From positions 1 through 60,384 of the forward strand of contig JAYTSD010000021.1 in NCBI GenBank assembly GCA_043745805.1: DNA of 60,384 nucleotides. Reading direction: 5' to 3'. The notes beneath the pieces were generated by a model. The model made no database searches, was not told the DNA's origin, and was given only the letters and a program-made list of their open reading frames with translations. Numbering within the stretch: position 1 is the stretch's first letter; each line of letters begins with the position of its first letter. Source of the stretch: Fibrobacteria bacterium. GTDB lineage: Bacteria; Fibrobacterota; Fibrobacteria; UBA11236. This document shows positions 28,507 through 39,502 of this stretch, one piece after another. Position numbers and translations under genes: made by a program.

Positions 28507-29625
28507 TTATTTTTTGCTTGCTGCTTGTTGTAGCAACTCTAAATAATTTTTAGCAACGGCATAAGTAAATTCAGGTGCACGAGTTTTACGTAAATGCCAA
28601 AGATCAGGAAAGTCCGCCGTGTCATATGCAAATTCTGGATGTAACATAACCGCATCCCATTTTTTTAAAGTGTTTTTAAAACCCAGTCGTTCTTGTTTAC
28701 GCAAAGGTGTATCATAAGGAACCTGCTGCACATTGGACAGTGGCATGCCTAGAAAGACTACGTAGCCACCTGCCTTTTTCACCATTTGAAAAATTTCGGC
28801 CACTATGGTATTGTCAAAATTATCCCAAGGATCTTGCTTTACCGTTTCTTCATGCGCAATGCGTATAGCGATATCACGAGCGGTTTCAACACCTTTAGCA
28901 TCCGCACGAATTCCACCCTCCGTCGTCAAATCAAATCCTATTAAATCTTTTTCTTTCGGGGCCAACTTGATTAGTGGGCTAAAAATAGTTTGCAAAATAG
29001 TGTCTAATTTAGGCAAAGCATTTTGTCGTAAGCGAGGAATGTTTTCCATAAAAGGTGCGATTAAATTAGCCGTAATCACAAATTTCATACTAGTTTCTGT
29101 TGTGGATTCTCGCCATAATTTAAAAAGATCACTTGTATGAATATTAGCCGTTAATAAGTCGGTTCGGTCGGCAACAATCCAATCACTTTTCCAAGTTGAG
29201 TATTCTGGTACATCGGAAGGGGCTTCTATAAAAACCACAACACCACGCAAAATATTTGGATTAGTTTCTAACAAATGCCGAATGCCAAAATAATGCTCCG
29301 ACATTCTGCACCAACCCATTCCCAAATTAATAGTAAGCGTGGGCGTTTTATAAACTTGCTGCATTATTTCATCGAAAACTTCGGCTTTAATTGCTGCACG
29401 AGTTCTCGATGTGCCTAAGAATAGATAATTAAAACGACCACCATTATGCATATAATCTATAACGGGTCCATACCATATATCGGGGTTTTCGTTTTTAGAT
29501 TTTCCTAAGGAATTTAGACCCAGCACGATGATAAAAAACCCGATGATAAAAATCGAGCTTTTTAAAATTAAAGTCTTTTGCTTAAAACCGGAAGTAGAGG
29601 AATTCTTCATTGCCAAACTTTCCAA
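28507..29625 (-). CDS. SGNH-like (DltD/AlgJ-type) periplasmic acyltransferase partner
   Basis: N-terminal TM, GTSR, C-terminal D.WHL. Overlaps the MBOAT gene. Confidence 0.65.
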   Translation of the reverse strand: MESLAMKNSSTSGFKQKTLILKSSIFIIGFFIIVLGLNSLGKSKNENPDIWYGPVIDYMHNGGRFNYLFLGTSRTRAAIKAEVFDEIMQQVYKTPTLTINLGMGWCRMSEHYFGIRHLLETNPNILRGVVVFIEAPSDVPEYSTWKSDWIVADRTDLLTANIHTSDLFKLWRESTTETSMKFVITANLIAPFMENIPRLRQNALPKLDTILQTIFSPLIKLAPKEKDLIGFDLTTEGGIRADAKGVETARDIAIRIAHEETVKQDPWDNFDNTIVAEIFQMVKKAGGYVVFLGMPLSNVQQVPYDTPLRKQERLGFKNTLKKWDAVMLHPEFAYDTADFPDLWHLRKTRAPEFTYAVAKNYLELLQQAASKK

Positions 29626-31018
29626 AGACGATGAGTGCCACTATTAATACATACCATAAAGCCCAAGATAAAGCTAACGGTAAAGCTTCTAAACGAATTA
29701 ACATAGAGCGCTTGCGATGCAAATACTGTAACACTTCTAGGCCTATTATAAGCGCAATGCCTATTCTTACATTGGTTTCCGAAAAGGCCAAACCCAGTTG
29801 TGATAAATTATAGCCAGAAAATATTCCATGAATCACGCTAAGAGCCGCATGCATGTCGGTGGCGCGAAAAAATATCCACGCAAAGTCCATTAATACAAAG
29901 GTAGAGATAACCATGCCTATTTGTATCAGAGGTTTAGTGGCCATATTCAACCATGCAGAGGTTTTGCCTAGGGTTTGCATAAGTAACCGTTGTGTTACTA
30001 TATAAATTCCATGTAAGCCACCCCAAACCAAAAAGGTCCAATTCGCTCCATGCCATAAACCCGAAAGCAAAAATACCAGCATAATATTTCTGCTCGTTTT
30101 TAAAAAACCACCCTTGCTACCCCCTAAAGGAAAGTAGAGATAGTCGCGAAACCAAGTAGACAACGATATATGCCAGCGATGCCAAAACTCCATTGGACTA
30201 CGACTGCTATAAGGATGATTAAAATTCAACATAAGCTTATAGCCCATAGTCCGTGCAATGCCGCGAGCGATATCCGTGTAGCCGGAAAAATCACAATAGA
30301 TCTGAAAACCAAAAAAAACCGTGGCCAATAAAAGCATCCAACTGGATTGATGGCCCGGATCCGCATAAGCCTTTTCCACTACCGTAGAAAGTCTATCCGC
30401 AACTAATACTTTTTTGGCAAATCCCCAAAGCATCAGTTGTAAGCCGGCGATAAATTCACTGGCATTAAAAACAGTTTTTTTATGAAATTGATCCAAGAGG
30501 TTTTGCGGTCTTTCAATAGGACCCGCCACCATTTGCGGGTAAAACAACACATACAAGGAATAAATCCCAATATGGCGTTCGGCCTTTCGGTGACCTTGAT
30601 AAACTTCAACGGTATAAGCCATAGATTGAAAAGTGTGGAAAGACAAACCAATGGGAAGCAACAAAGGAAAGCGCCAAGCAATTGAGCCCATACCAAAGGC
30701 TCCCATAGCATCTGAAATATTACCCAGAAAAAAATTCAAATATTTGAACGTAGCCAGCATACCCAAATTTGCGGCCAAACTTCCAATCAATATCCATCGC
30801 TTTTTATTTTGATCTTGGGCTTTTTCGAGCCAAATACCGGCTCTATAGTCTATAGCAATCAATGCGAATAAAATCAGAATATAGGCTGGAATTAATGCCA
30901 TATAAAACCAGCAGCTGGCCACTATTAACCATATCCAACGAAAGCGATGCGGCAAGGCCTGATAGGCCAAACTAACGACAACGAAAAAAACCGCGAACTG
31001 GAAGGATACGAAGGACAT
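29582..31018 (-). CDS. MBOAT family O-acyltransferase (AlgI/DltB-like)
   Basis: LPIGLSFHTFQ, AGPIER, DFSGY, FW.RWHISLS.WFRDY, GLWHG. Confidence 0.95.
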   Translation of the reverse strand: MSFVSFQFAVFFVVVSLAYQALPHRFRWIWLIVASCWFYMALIPAYILILFALIAIDYRAGIWLEKAQDQNKKRWILIGSLAANLGMLATFKYLNFFLGNISDAMGAFGMGSIAWRFPLLLPIGLSFHTFQSMAYTVEVYQGHRKAERHIGIYSLYVLFYPQMVAGPIERPQNLLDQFHKKTVFNASEFIAGLQLMLWGFAKKVLVADRLSTVVEKAYADPGHQSSWMLLLATVFFGFQIYCDFSGYTDIARGIARTMGYKLMLNFNHPYSSRSPMEFWHRWHISLSTWFRDYLYFPLGGSKGGFLKTSRNIMLVFLLSGLWHGANWTFLVWGGLHGIYIVTQRLLMQTLGKTSAWLNMATKPLIQIGMVISTFVLMDFAWIFFRATDMHAALSVIHGIFSGYNLSQLGLAFSETNVRIGIALIIGLEVLQYLHRKRSMLIRLEALPLALSWALWYVLIVALIVFGKFGNEEFLYFRF

Positions 31019-31258
31019 GAGCTAAGAGCTTTGCTTTAGGTTAAAAGTCGAGTGATTATCGAATCAATAATTTTGACGTTATAAGCTATGTTCATGGAAT
31101 GAATAGTAAACATATATTGCGAGGAAGAAAAGGCTAGGAAACTTTCCCATAAAAAACGTCTTGTTGAAAGAAATCAGGATTATGTTTAACACTTTCCCGA
31201 TTTCATTATATCACTTTAAGCAATTAGTTTTGAATGCGAATACAAAACCAAATACAAA

Positions 31259-31660
31259 TTACATAGCGTTTCCATTTTGAATAATAATATCAAATCCTTT
31301 GCGAGTATTTGCGGATTGCCAAGTGCCGATTGGATTTTGAAAATAAATCGCTTGAAGCGTACTGTTCAAATATGTGCAAGGTGTGCAAGGATCGCTCCAA
31401 ATTCTAACGCTTGCGCCTTTAGCAAATGCGGTAAGTGCAGCCTGATACATTAAATTTCCTTTTGTATCATTTAATTTCCAAGCATAGCCTGTTCCGGCAA
31501 TTCCAACTTTTACAACTGGTGGTCTTGTTGAAGTACCATCACCTGCATAAACTTGAATATCATTAATTGGAGTCGGATCGCTCCAAACTGGGGCTTGGGA
31601 CATGCCCATGCTAATAAGAAATAATGACGCGATGCTACCTTTTACTAAAAACTTTAACAT
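31259..31660 (-). CDS. Small secreted hypothetical protein
   Basis: AAGGA RBS, signal peptide, CTPC. AT-rich flanks. Confidence 0.7.
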   Translation of the reverse strand: MLKFLVKGSIASLFLISMGMSQAPVWSDPTPINDIQVYAGDGTSTRPPVVKVGIAGTGYAWKLNDTKGNLMYQAALTAFAKGASVRIWSDPCTPCTYLNSTLQAIYFQNPIGTWQSANTRKGFDIIIQNGNAM

Positions 31661-31884
31661 TTTTTATCCTTTATTAATTGTTAATTACACGCACGACAAA
31701 AATCAAAAATATTTCGGAGGAGATTCATCACCCTACCTGATATTTCGAATAAAAATTTTATCCGATATTTTTTTTCGCAAATGCTTAATTGAAAATAGAT
31801 TCATAAAACAAATCATTCAATCATTTTTTAATGAAATGTTTGAAATTATCAGAAATAAAATATGTGCGAAAAGTATATTGTGGT

Positions 31885-33027
31885 TTATCTACTCTGATAC
31901 AACTTCATTAATTTCGAATAATGACTTTCAGCACCAAAATCTTTTTCCAGTTTTGCATACGAAGCTTGACCCATTTTACTTATACAAGCTCTATTTTCTA
32001 ATACTTGCGCAAAAACTTTTTTTATCGCCGCAGGGTTACTTTTCTCTACTAAAAACCCATTGCCTTCATGCTCTATCAAATCAGGCAAACCACCAATATC
32101 CGAGCCAATTAAAGCTCTTCCGCATTTCATGGCTTCCAAAGCAAACATGGGAAGATTTTCCATCCAGATACTCGGCAAAATGCAAAAATCCGATTCGCGA
32201 ATCAAAGTACCTACTCGCTCATTTGGCACTTTACCTAACCAACGGATTTGATTCACTACTCCATGAGTTTTAGCCAAAGCTTCCAATTGACTTTGATAAA
32301 CTCCTCCACCGGCAATAATCAATTCAACAGGCATTCCTTTTAAGGCAGGAATCACGAACTGTAACCCTTTTTCCAAAACTAATCGGCCTGCAAAAAATAT
32401 TTTTAAGGGTTCGAAGTTTATCTCTTTTTGCGAGGGTAATGTTTTTGGCATTTCAATAAAATTTGGCATATGGCGCGTTTTATTCGGATAGTATTTTGCT
32501 GTCCAAACCATCAAAAATCGTGAGCAACAAAGAAAATGATTAATGGAATAACGATGAATAGGAAGAATGATCATGTTCCGAATAAAATTCATCCGTCTTT
32601 GAAAATCCAAATAAGGAGAAGTGCTACGAAAACATTTGCTATTAAAGCAATGCCGATCTAAAAATTTTTCGCAAGCACAGCCATTACCTCTTACGCCAAA
32701 ACCATCTGGACAAAAAAGCCCAACATCATGTAAAGTGATAAGTGTATTAATTCCAAAAATTTTACCCATTAATGCCGGAACAAATGAATACACTAAATTG
32801 CATTTATTTATATGTATGACATCCGGCCTCCAGGTAAGATTAATCCAACCAAATTTGAATAAATACCAAGGATTAAAAATTCTGGAAAAATAATGAATGA
32901 GACGAGGCTTATCGCCCACTAATCGAACGGTGTGACCTTTGGATTTGAGTAAATCCATAAGCGCAAAAACATAGGTTTCTGCTCCACCGGCTTCATAGTT
33001 AAAGTCATTAACGATCAATACTTTCAT
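31885..33027 (-). CDS. Glycosyltransferase family 4
   Basis: GGAETY, GRL..EKG, PSIWMEN.P...LEAM, GGLPDLI. Confidence 0.93.
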   Translation of the reverse strand: MKVLIVNDFNYEAGGAETYVFALMDLLKSKGHTVRLVGDKPRLIHYFSRIFNPWYLFKFGWINLTWRPDVIHINKCNLVYSFVPALMGKIFGINTLITLHDVGLFCPDGFGVRGNGCACEKFLDRHCFNSKCFRSTSPYLDFQRRMNFIRNMIILPIHRYSINHFLCCSRFLMVWTAKYYPNKTRHMPNFIEMPKTLPSQKEINFEPLKIFFAGRLVLEKGLQFVIPALKGMPVELIIAGGGVYQSQLEALAKTHGVVNQIRWLGKVPNERVGTLIRESDFCILPSIWMENLPMFALEAMKCGRALIGSDIGGLPDLIEHEGNGFLVEKSNPAAIKKVFAQVLENRACISKMGQASYAKLEKDFGAESHYSKLMKLYQSR

Positions 33028-33079
33028 GTAAGCAAAAATCTAGTGAGGGTAAATACTACTTCAATTACAAATATATTTT

Positions 33080-33904
33080 CTAAGGCTTATCTCTTAGATA
33101 AGGTTGCCATTGAGTCCCATGGCGTTTTGAAATAAGCTTTTGTATTGGAACTTTAACCTTTTCCACTACTGATACATAGGGATAAGTATGAACGGAGTGT
33201 ACCATACTTTGCACATTATTAGTCTGAGGCTTATCCTGATGCAAATGCAAGGATAAGCCATGCATATAGGAAAGATAAGGATTATAACGTCCTTGCAAAT
33301 CCTCGCATAAAAATACACCGCCTGGACGCATGTGAGGAAATACTTCTTCGAAAGTAATCACCTGTTGATGGGTTAAATGCCCACCATCATCGACGACAAT
33401 GTCAATGGGAGGTGCTTCTTTTCGAAAACGCTCCCAAAAGTTTCTATCCGATTGATCTCCGATAAACACCTTAACCGAATCGGATTCATAATTTTTGCAA
33501 GAAGGTTCAATGTCTACTCCATAAACTGTACACTTAGGCCCAAAGTAACTTTTCCACATCCCTAGGCTTCCACCACTATAAATTCCAATTTCCAATATTC
33601 TTACTTCTTGCCCGATAAATTTGGAAAAGTGATGATGATAAATTTCAAAATAATGCTGCCATTTCCATATTCCTGGACCTTCGGTATGCGCATTAAAATA
33701 AAGTTGCAGGGGATTAGTAATAGTTGTTTCCGTATTAACGGTATCCTCTAATAATTTTCCGGCTTTTAGTTTACTCGCTCTTTTAAACCCAATAACAATC
33801 AAAGGAATCATTTTTCCCGCATGCCAAATATCAATGATTGATTGTTGGGACTCGACGGGAATTATTTTGTAAAACACTTTTTTAATGCTAGCTAACAAAC
33901 TCAC
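33080..33904 (-). CDS. Class I SAM-dependent (sugar O-) methyltransferase
   Basis: LEIGIYSGGS, GVDI, GDQ.D, DDGGH, ED. Confidence 0.88.
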   Translation of the reverse strand: MSLLASIKKVFYKIIPVESQQSIIDIWHAGKMIPLIVIGFKRASKLKAGKLLEDTVNTETTITNPLQLYFNAHTEGPGIWKWQHYFEIYHHHFSKFIGQEVRILEIGIYSGGSLGMWKSYFGPKCTVYGVDIEPSCKNYESDSVKVFIGDQSDRNFWERFRKEAPPIDIVVDDGGHLTHQQVITFEEVFPHMRPGGVFLCEDLQGRYNPYLSYMHGLSLHLHQDKPQTNNVQSMVHSVHTYPYVSVVEKVKVPIQKLISKRHGTQWQPYLRDKP

Positions 33905-34114
33905 TATAATTTCTCCTTATAGCTGTCCTTAGGGTATTTTTTCAAAGCAATACCTCGAAAAGTCAACTTGTAATATCTGTCTTAGATATTGCCAGCTTTT
34001 GCTGGAAAAACCAACTAAGAGCCCGTTAAGATATATTGCTAGGGAAGAAATTTCAATCAAAACCCCCATTAAACGAGTCCTTTTCAAAGCTTTTTTTATT
34101 AAGCTTAATCTGCA

Positions 34115-34810
34115 ATGTTTAACAGACAGAAAAAAAATACAAGATTACAAAATATCCAAGAAAGCTGGTTTTCGGCCGGCTTTCTTACACAATCTGCTTT
34201 ATTGGCAAATATGCAAACCCTCATAGGCAAACATATTATTCCCAACTTAAAGCTTAAACAAGAGCAACCTTATGTTTTGGATATCGGTTGCGGCCATCAA
34301 CCCTACAAACCTTTAATTCCTGTGTCCTGCCATTGGATTGGGGTTAATCCAGATACTGACAATGCTTCCCCGACTCTCGTTGCGGATGGCCTACTCTTAC
34401 CTTTTCATAATCAACAATTTGATTTTGTGCTCTGCACACAAGTGATTGAGCATGTGTCTGATCCTTTACAATTAGTCCAGGAAATTAGCCGCTGTCTCAA
34501 ACCAGGAGGCCTGCTTTTACTTTCTGGACCAATGTATTGGCCTTTACATGAAGAACCCCACGATTATTGGAGATTTACAAAATACGGTTTGCGTCAATTA
34601 CTGAAGCGTACTGGGCTTGAAGAGGTGGAAATGCGCAATGATGGATCAGCCATTAGTCTGACCCTTACCTCCATTAATCATTTATTTCGCGGATTTTATT
34701 TTGCACCACTGCGATTGGCTTTAAATATTCTGGGTGTAATTTTAGAGAAAATTACACCTGTACCACATAGTACGCCTAACCTGAGTTTAATCGCTAAAAA
34801 ATTACCCTAG
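34115..34810 (+). CDS. SAM-dependent methyltransferase (Methyltransf_11-like)
   Basis: VLDIGCG..PY, TQVIEHV, LKPGG, HEEPHDYWRFT. Confidence 0.9.
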   Translation: MFNRQKKNTRLQNIQESWFSAGFLTQSALLANMQTLIGKHIIPNLKLKQEQPYVLDIGCGHQPYKPLIPVSCHWIGVNPDTDNASPTLVADGLLLPFHNQQFDFVLCTQVIEHVSDPLQLVQEISRCLKPGGLLLLSGPMYWPLHEEPHDYWRFTKYGLRQLLKRTGLEEVEMRNDGSAISLTLTSINHLFRGFYFAPLRLALNILGVILEKITPVPHSTPNLSLIAKKLP

Positions 34811-36055
34811 ATCTTGGCGAATCAAAATTTTTCTTTGGTAGAGAATAAAAGCCAGAACACCCAATAGGATGGTTCCGGGTATTTCCGAACAATAACTTGC
34901 CTGTATCATCCCCAATCCACCTTGCTCCGGAACCCACAAGTTACCTAAGAAAAATTTTAATCCCATGGTAGCCAAAAGCGCAACGCTAGCTATCCACTGT
35001 TTGTCGGCACCAATAAAAATCGACAACCAGAGATAATTTAAAGTGGACATTGCTAGCAATAATCCAAAACCATGGATAAACAAAAGTCCCGTCTCATATC
35101 CTGCACGCGGATATACTTTTGCAAAAACTATTTGGCCAGCTATATGGACTACACCCCAAAGAAAAAATGCCAACCCCGCATGCGCTGCAAAAGCCCTCCA
35201 AAAATTTCGTAAACTTCTATCCAATCGATGAAGATTAGGATACATATGTGCTGACAATGCTTGGCCAAAAAATGTTCCGGCAAAAACCATCATGTAAGCT
35301 GCAAAGTAACGTCCAACTTCTTCACGACCGCGATGCGTATCAATTACCCATAACTCTAAGCGTACCGAAAGACAAATGAGCCAAATATAAATGAAAGACT
35401 GAATTAGAAACGAACGATATTGCTTCCATAAGCTAGGCAGAAAAGACCATTCCGGAGTAAGCCGTATATGCATATTACGTAAAGCGATTAAATAGAAAAC
35501 TGTTAAGCCAGCCGGTGGGATGGTGTAAGCTATTAAAGCTCCGATGAGGCCCGGTTTTATTAGCCAAAAAAATGCAGTGCTAATCAATACTAAAATTGGA
35601 AAAGCCAAACGAGAACGAAATTCTTTAACGGAGGCCTCGCGCGCGCGCAATGTCTGACGCAAAAACTCATTGAATGAGTTTAGGGCATAATAAAAGCCAG
35701 CCAACCACATGGCAGGTAAACTTTCTCCATGACGTCCGGAGGCCCATTGCCAAAAGAACAATCCACAAATGAATAAAATCAAACCAAGTAATTTGGGAGC
35801 CAATAATTTTGAATATGCACTCTTATCAGGATTATTAGATAAAAAACGCAATACTAATGAGTTGACGCCCAAATCGGCTAAAGGGGTTAATACAGCAGCT
35901 GAAGCCAGGGTAACACCCAGGGAACCATATTGCTTAACTCCTAAACCATAAGCAATCAAAAATTGGAATACAATGATTGATGCTCTGGATACAACCTCGC
36001 CTGCTAAGGTAAGTACTGCTCCCCATGGAATTTTAGGGGAAAAGGGCAACTTCAT
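34802..36055 (-). CDS. Polysaccharide flippase (Wzx/MOP-like)
   Basis: About 12 hydrophobic segments, LG...YG, ADLG, VG.Y.AA. Confidence 0.8.
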   Translation of the reverse strand: MKLPFSPKIPWGAVLTLAGEVVSRASIIVFQFLIAYGLGVKQYGSLGVTLASAAVLTPLADLGVNSLVLRFLSNNPDKSAYSKLLAPKLLGLILFICGLFFWQWASGRHGESLPAMWLAGFYYALNSFNEFLRQTLRAREASVKEFRSRLAFPILVLISTAFFWLIKPGLIGALIAYTIPPAGLTVFYLIALRNMHIRLTPEWSFLPSLWKQYRSFLIQSFIYIWLICLSVRLELWVIDTHRGREEVGRYFAAYMMVFAGTFFGQALSAHMYPNLHRLDRSLRNFWRAFAAHAGLAFFLWGVVHIAGQIVFAKVYPRAGYETGLLFIHGFGLLLAMSTLNYLWLSIFIGADKQWIASVALLATMGLKFFLGNLWVPEQGGLGMIQASYCSEIPGTILLGVLAFILYQRKILIRQDLG

Positions 36056-38424
36056 TAGGGTTTTGAAACTGCGAGAATAGCTTTGCCTTTTGGCAAATAA
36101 CGTGAGAAAAAAAGAAATATTCCCAATCCCAATAACGCTGCAAGACTAATATAAAAACTCTTATGAATCCACGGACTCACATAATGCATTTCCACATGAT
36201 TTTCTCCAGCAGGCAAGAGCACACCTCTAAAGGCATAATTAACCCTTAACAAGGTCACAGGCTTTCCATTAACCGTTACCTGCCAAAATGGAAAATAAAT
36301 TTCGGACAATACTAATAAACCCGACGAGGTATTTTTCACATTATAATCAAGACGAGAAAATCCTTCATAATTACGCTTAATTATTGCTGAAGTGGAATCT
36401 GAATCCGCACCAGAAAATGGAGTAGGAGTTGTAGAGGATACCAACACTTTTCGTTTAGGATCAAACTCTGGCGTTTTCATTTTTTCTAAAATCACATTAT
36501 CATCTGCATTTTCCCATTGATGCACAAAATAGGCGCGCGGCAAAACTGTTTTATTTAGAGCCAATTTGATACCTGGATCATTTTGGGTACGAAATGCAAT
36601 GTACTTCACATTTAACATATCCAAAAATTTACTCCCTCCTACAGTTCCATCAGGATTTTGCTGCAAGCCAAAAAAGAAATTGGGGTTTTGTTGATAATCG
36701 TTTCCCCGATACGCTCGATAGATAGTGTATTCATTATCCGCCCAATCATCCGCAGTTTGTATTTTGTTATACTGCATATAACCGCGATCGTAGGCACCAG
36801 GCACACCGAAAACCCGAAAGCTACTTGTATCGGTTTTTAAATATTCCACCGCTTGCTCTTTGGGAAAGATGCGATTAAAATCAATGCCATAGATGAATTT
36901 GTTATCCACTAAATACAAATCTACCAAAACAATTGCAGCCAAAACCAATCCAAACTTGTTCCAATTCGATCCTTGTAATACCCATTTCCCTAAGGCAAAA
37001 ACTAGAATCGCTAACAAAACACCATTTTTAATGGTCCCTACTGAAAAATCCGAATAATTACTGGGCTGGGCATTAATATTGGGGAAGTTTGTGCTGCCTA
37101 GAGTAGAGTTCCATAATCCATAAGTAGCAGAAGCTGATAAGCCGCCTAAGATGAGGAGGCCACTAAAACCAAATCCAAATTGAAATAATTTTTTAGTCCA
37201 TTGTTGCTTTTTAGCTTCCGACATATCCAGTAAGGTTTTTTCAAGTAGGCTTAAAGTTTGTGCGCTCATCATCAACAAAGCGATTGCCAACCAAAATAAA
37301 ATCATACTGGGTGCACGGAAATTTTTAATACCCGGAATGAAATCATAAAAAAGCCTAAAGAAAAACGTATGCGCGCCAAGACCAAATATAATGCTTAATA
37401 AGCCAAGGCCTGCCCAAAAATAAAACCACCTGCTACGGAAAGCAAATAAGCCAAACGCACCCAAAAACAAAACGGCTAAACCTGGATATTCGGAATTAAG
37501 CTTGAAAGGATTTTGTCCCCAATATTTTTTTTCACCTTTCACATCAAATCCTGAAAATTCTGGAACTATTAAGGAGGCAACTTCTTCCGGATGCATAGAC
37601 CACGAGGTGGCATGCTCATAAGTTGTCCTTTCGCCTTGCCCGCGTACGGAGAATAATTTGTTGTACTGTGTGGGAGGATAAAATAAAGGAAAAGCCAAAC
37701 CAACCCCAAGCAAAATGGGTATCCAAAATTTTAAGACTAAAGTGAATGAACGACCATAATCTTTTTCTTTAAAACTAATGCCGATTTTAAAACACCAAAA
37801 TAAAAAATAGCCCATCAGGACATAATAGGTGAATTGTAAATGAGAGGTTAAAATGAATAGCGTAATTGTAAGGCTGAGACCTAAAAGGTGAAACCATTTT
37901 CCTTCTTTTTGCAAACTTCGAATTAGAAAAAATAAAGAAAGCGGCAACCAAGCCATGATATGAAATTTTCCCGTATGGCCCGCATGGATATGCGAAATAA
38001 AATTGGTATTAAGCATATAGGCTAAGGCGAGGGCAAAACTAAGTAACCCACTTAAATTGAATATTTTTCTTACCAATAAAAACGCTGCGCAGCCTGCAAT
38101 CAAAACATGCAAGATAAAACCGTATTGCACTACTTTTTCTGGAGAAAGCAAAATTCCTAGAAGAATAAAAAATGGATAAGAGCCATCCGCGGGTGATGCA
38201 TCAAAAATGGGCATGCCACCCAAATGATAAGGGTTCCAAAAAGGAATATCGCCATGACGCCAAGCGTCAAAATAAACTGACCAAGAAGCCGAACCTAGTT
38301 GATCGGAAGCGAACAATATCTCATGGGAAAATAATATGGATAAAAAAGGAAGCAATCCAAAAAAAATGATTAGTCCGAACCATTTTCCGTTCCCCTTCCA
38401 AAATGACATCCAATTATCTTGCAT
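36055..38424 (-). CDS. YfhO family membrane glycosyltransferase (GT-C)
   Basis: PFWNPY..GGMP, FR.P, LPRAYF, LVLSEIY.P.W...VNG, NYAFRGV.LPAG. Confidence 0.88.
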   Translation of the reverse strand: MQDNWMSFWKGNGKWFGLIIFFGLLPFLSILFSHEILFASDQLGSASWSVYFDAWRHGDIPFWNPYHLGGMPIFDASPADGSYPFFILLGILLSPEKVVQYGFILHVLIAGCAAFLLVRKIFNLSGLLSFALALAYMLNTNFISHIHAGHTGKFHIMAWLPLSLFFLIRSLQKEGKWFHLLGLSLTITLFILTSHLQFTYYVLMGYFLFWCFKIGISFKEKDYGRSFTLVLKFWIPILLGVGLAFPLFYPPTQYNKLFSVRGQGERTTYEHATSWSMHPEEVASLIVPEFSGFDVKGEKKYWGQNPFKLNSEYPGLAVLFLGAFGLFAFRSRWFYFWAGLGLLSIIFGLGAHTFFFRLFYDFIPGIKNFRAPSMILFWLAIALLMMSAQTLSLLEKTLLDMSEAKKQQWTKKLFQFGFGFSGLLILGGLSASATYGLWNSTLGSTNFPNINAQPSNYSDFSVGTIKNGVLLAILVFALGKWVLQGSNWNKFGLVLAAIVLVDLYLVDNKFIYGIDFNRIFPKEQAVEYLKTDTSSFRVFGVPGAYDRGYMQYNKIQTADDWADNEYTIYRAYRGNDYQQNPNFFFGLQQNPDGTVGGSKFLDMLNVKYIAFRTQNDPGIKLALNKTVLPRAYFVHQWENADDNVILEKMKTPEFDPKRKVLVSSTTPTPFSGADSDSTSAIIKRNYEGFSRLDYNVKNTSSGLLVLSEIYFPFWQVTVNGKPVTLLRVNYAFRGVLLPAGENHVEMHYVSPWIHKSFYISLAALLGLGIFLFFSRYLPKGKAILAVSKP

Positions 38425-38481
38425 ATTAGGCTCCTGAGAAAGTCATTAAAATAGGAAAATGTGTCTTTGTTTTCGTAATAA

Positions 38482-39462
38482 TTAAGGAAGAATCGCTTTT
38501 AAATCCACCCACTCACAATGCGCCACCACCCACCGTAAGCGTTTTTCCCCTGGTTCAATATAGTCCGCGAACTGCGCTATCCCCTTCACGCGACTTAAAA
38601 AGCAATAGGCTCCCAAAGCCTGCATAATCCTTTGCGCCGCAGCCAAATAAAATTGCTGCTGCATGGCCGCAAAAGTTAATGGGTTCAAAGAATGCACATG
38701 ATAAAAGCGCAATAAGGTTTCAATGATTTCATCGGTTAATAACACATAGGGATCGAGTAATAAAGAAGCTAAATCATAATAAATAGAACCTAAGCGGCTA
38801 CCCTGATAATCAATAATGCGTACATGCCCATCGGCTTGAAGCATAATATTTTGACTTTGAAAGTCGCGATGCATAATGGATTTGGGTTGCGCCTCCACCT
38901 TATCGGCCAATTGCTCAAAAACCTGCTGCAAGTGTTTTTTTTCGTCTTCCGAAAAAACCTTTTCGAGGTAACCTTCCAGATACTGCGTGGTATAGTATTG
39001 CGTTTCCCACAGCAAATCATGTTTATCGAATAGTCGCGAATTAATATCCGGACATTCTTTATGTAAAGCAAAACAACGCGTTTGCATGTCGATCAGCACG
39101 GTAATAGTTTTTTGATAAAATTCTTCCACCGCAGGAAAATGCGCTTTGGCCCAATCGTATAAACGTTGATTACCTAAGTCTTCCAATATCACCTGATGAC
39201 TAATATCATCAATGCAATACACACTTGGCACGGGAAAATTCATCAAGCGATAAAATTGCGTGATACGTAAAAAACGCCCAAAGTCCAAATCATCTTCGGG
39301 TGATTGCAGCACAATGAAAGTATTAATGCCTTCACGAAGGCGATAATACGCTCGCTTTGAACCGGCTATGCCCGCTAAAGTGATTTCACATTCTGCCGTG
39401 AAACCATATCGCATCAAAAATTTTTGGAGGGTTGCTGAAAGAGAAGAATAATCAATAAACAT
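38482..39462 (-). CDS. Aminoglycoside-phosphotransferase-fold kinase (AmgK-like)
   Basis: GS.R.YYR, LEDLG, HRDFQSQNIM, IDYQG, YDLASLL.D, QR..QALGAY. Confidence 0.85.
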   Translation of the reverse strand: MFIDYSSLSATLQKFLMRYGFTAECEITLAGIAGSKRAYYRLREGINTFIVLQSPEDDLDFGRFLRITQFYRLMNFPVPSVYCIDDISHQVILEDLGNQRLYDWAKAHFPAVEEFYQKTITVLIDMQTRCFALHKECPDINSRLFDKHDLLWETQYYTTQYLEGYLEKVFSEDEKKHLQQVFEQLADKVEAQPKSIMHRDFQSQNIMLQADGHVRIIDYQGSRLGSIYYDLASLLLDPYVLLTDEIIETLLRFYHVHSLNPLTFAAMQQQFYLAAAQRIMQALGAYCFLSRVKGIAQFADYIEPGEKRLRWVVAHCEWVDLKAILP

Positions 39463-39502
39463 ATCAGAAAAGATATGTTTTACACACTAAGCAGACAAAT
39501 TT

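Noticed and set aside
31602-32273. 223-aa plus-strand ORF
   Set aside because: Overlaps two minus-strand genes and AT-rich spacer; non-protein-like composition.
34158-34186. Terminator-like hairpin AAGAAAGCTGG...CCGGCTTTCTT
   Set aside because: Lies inside the plausible N-terminal coding region of the methyltransferase; function cannot be supported.
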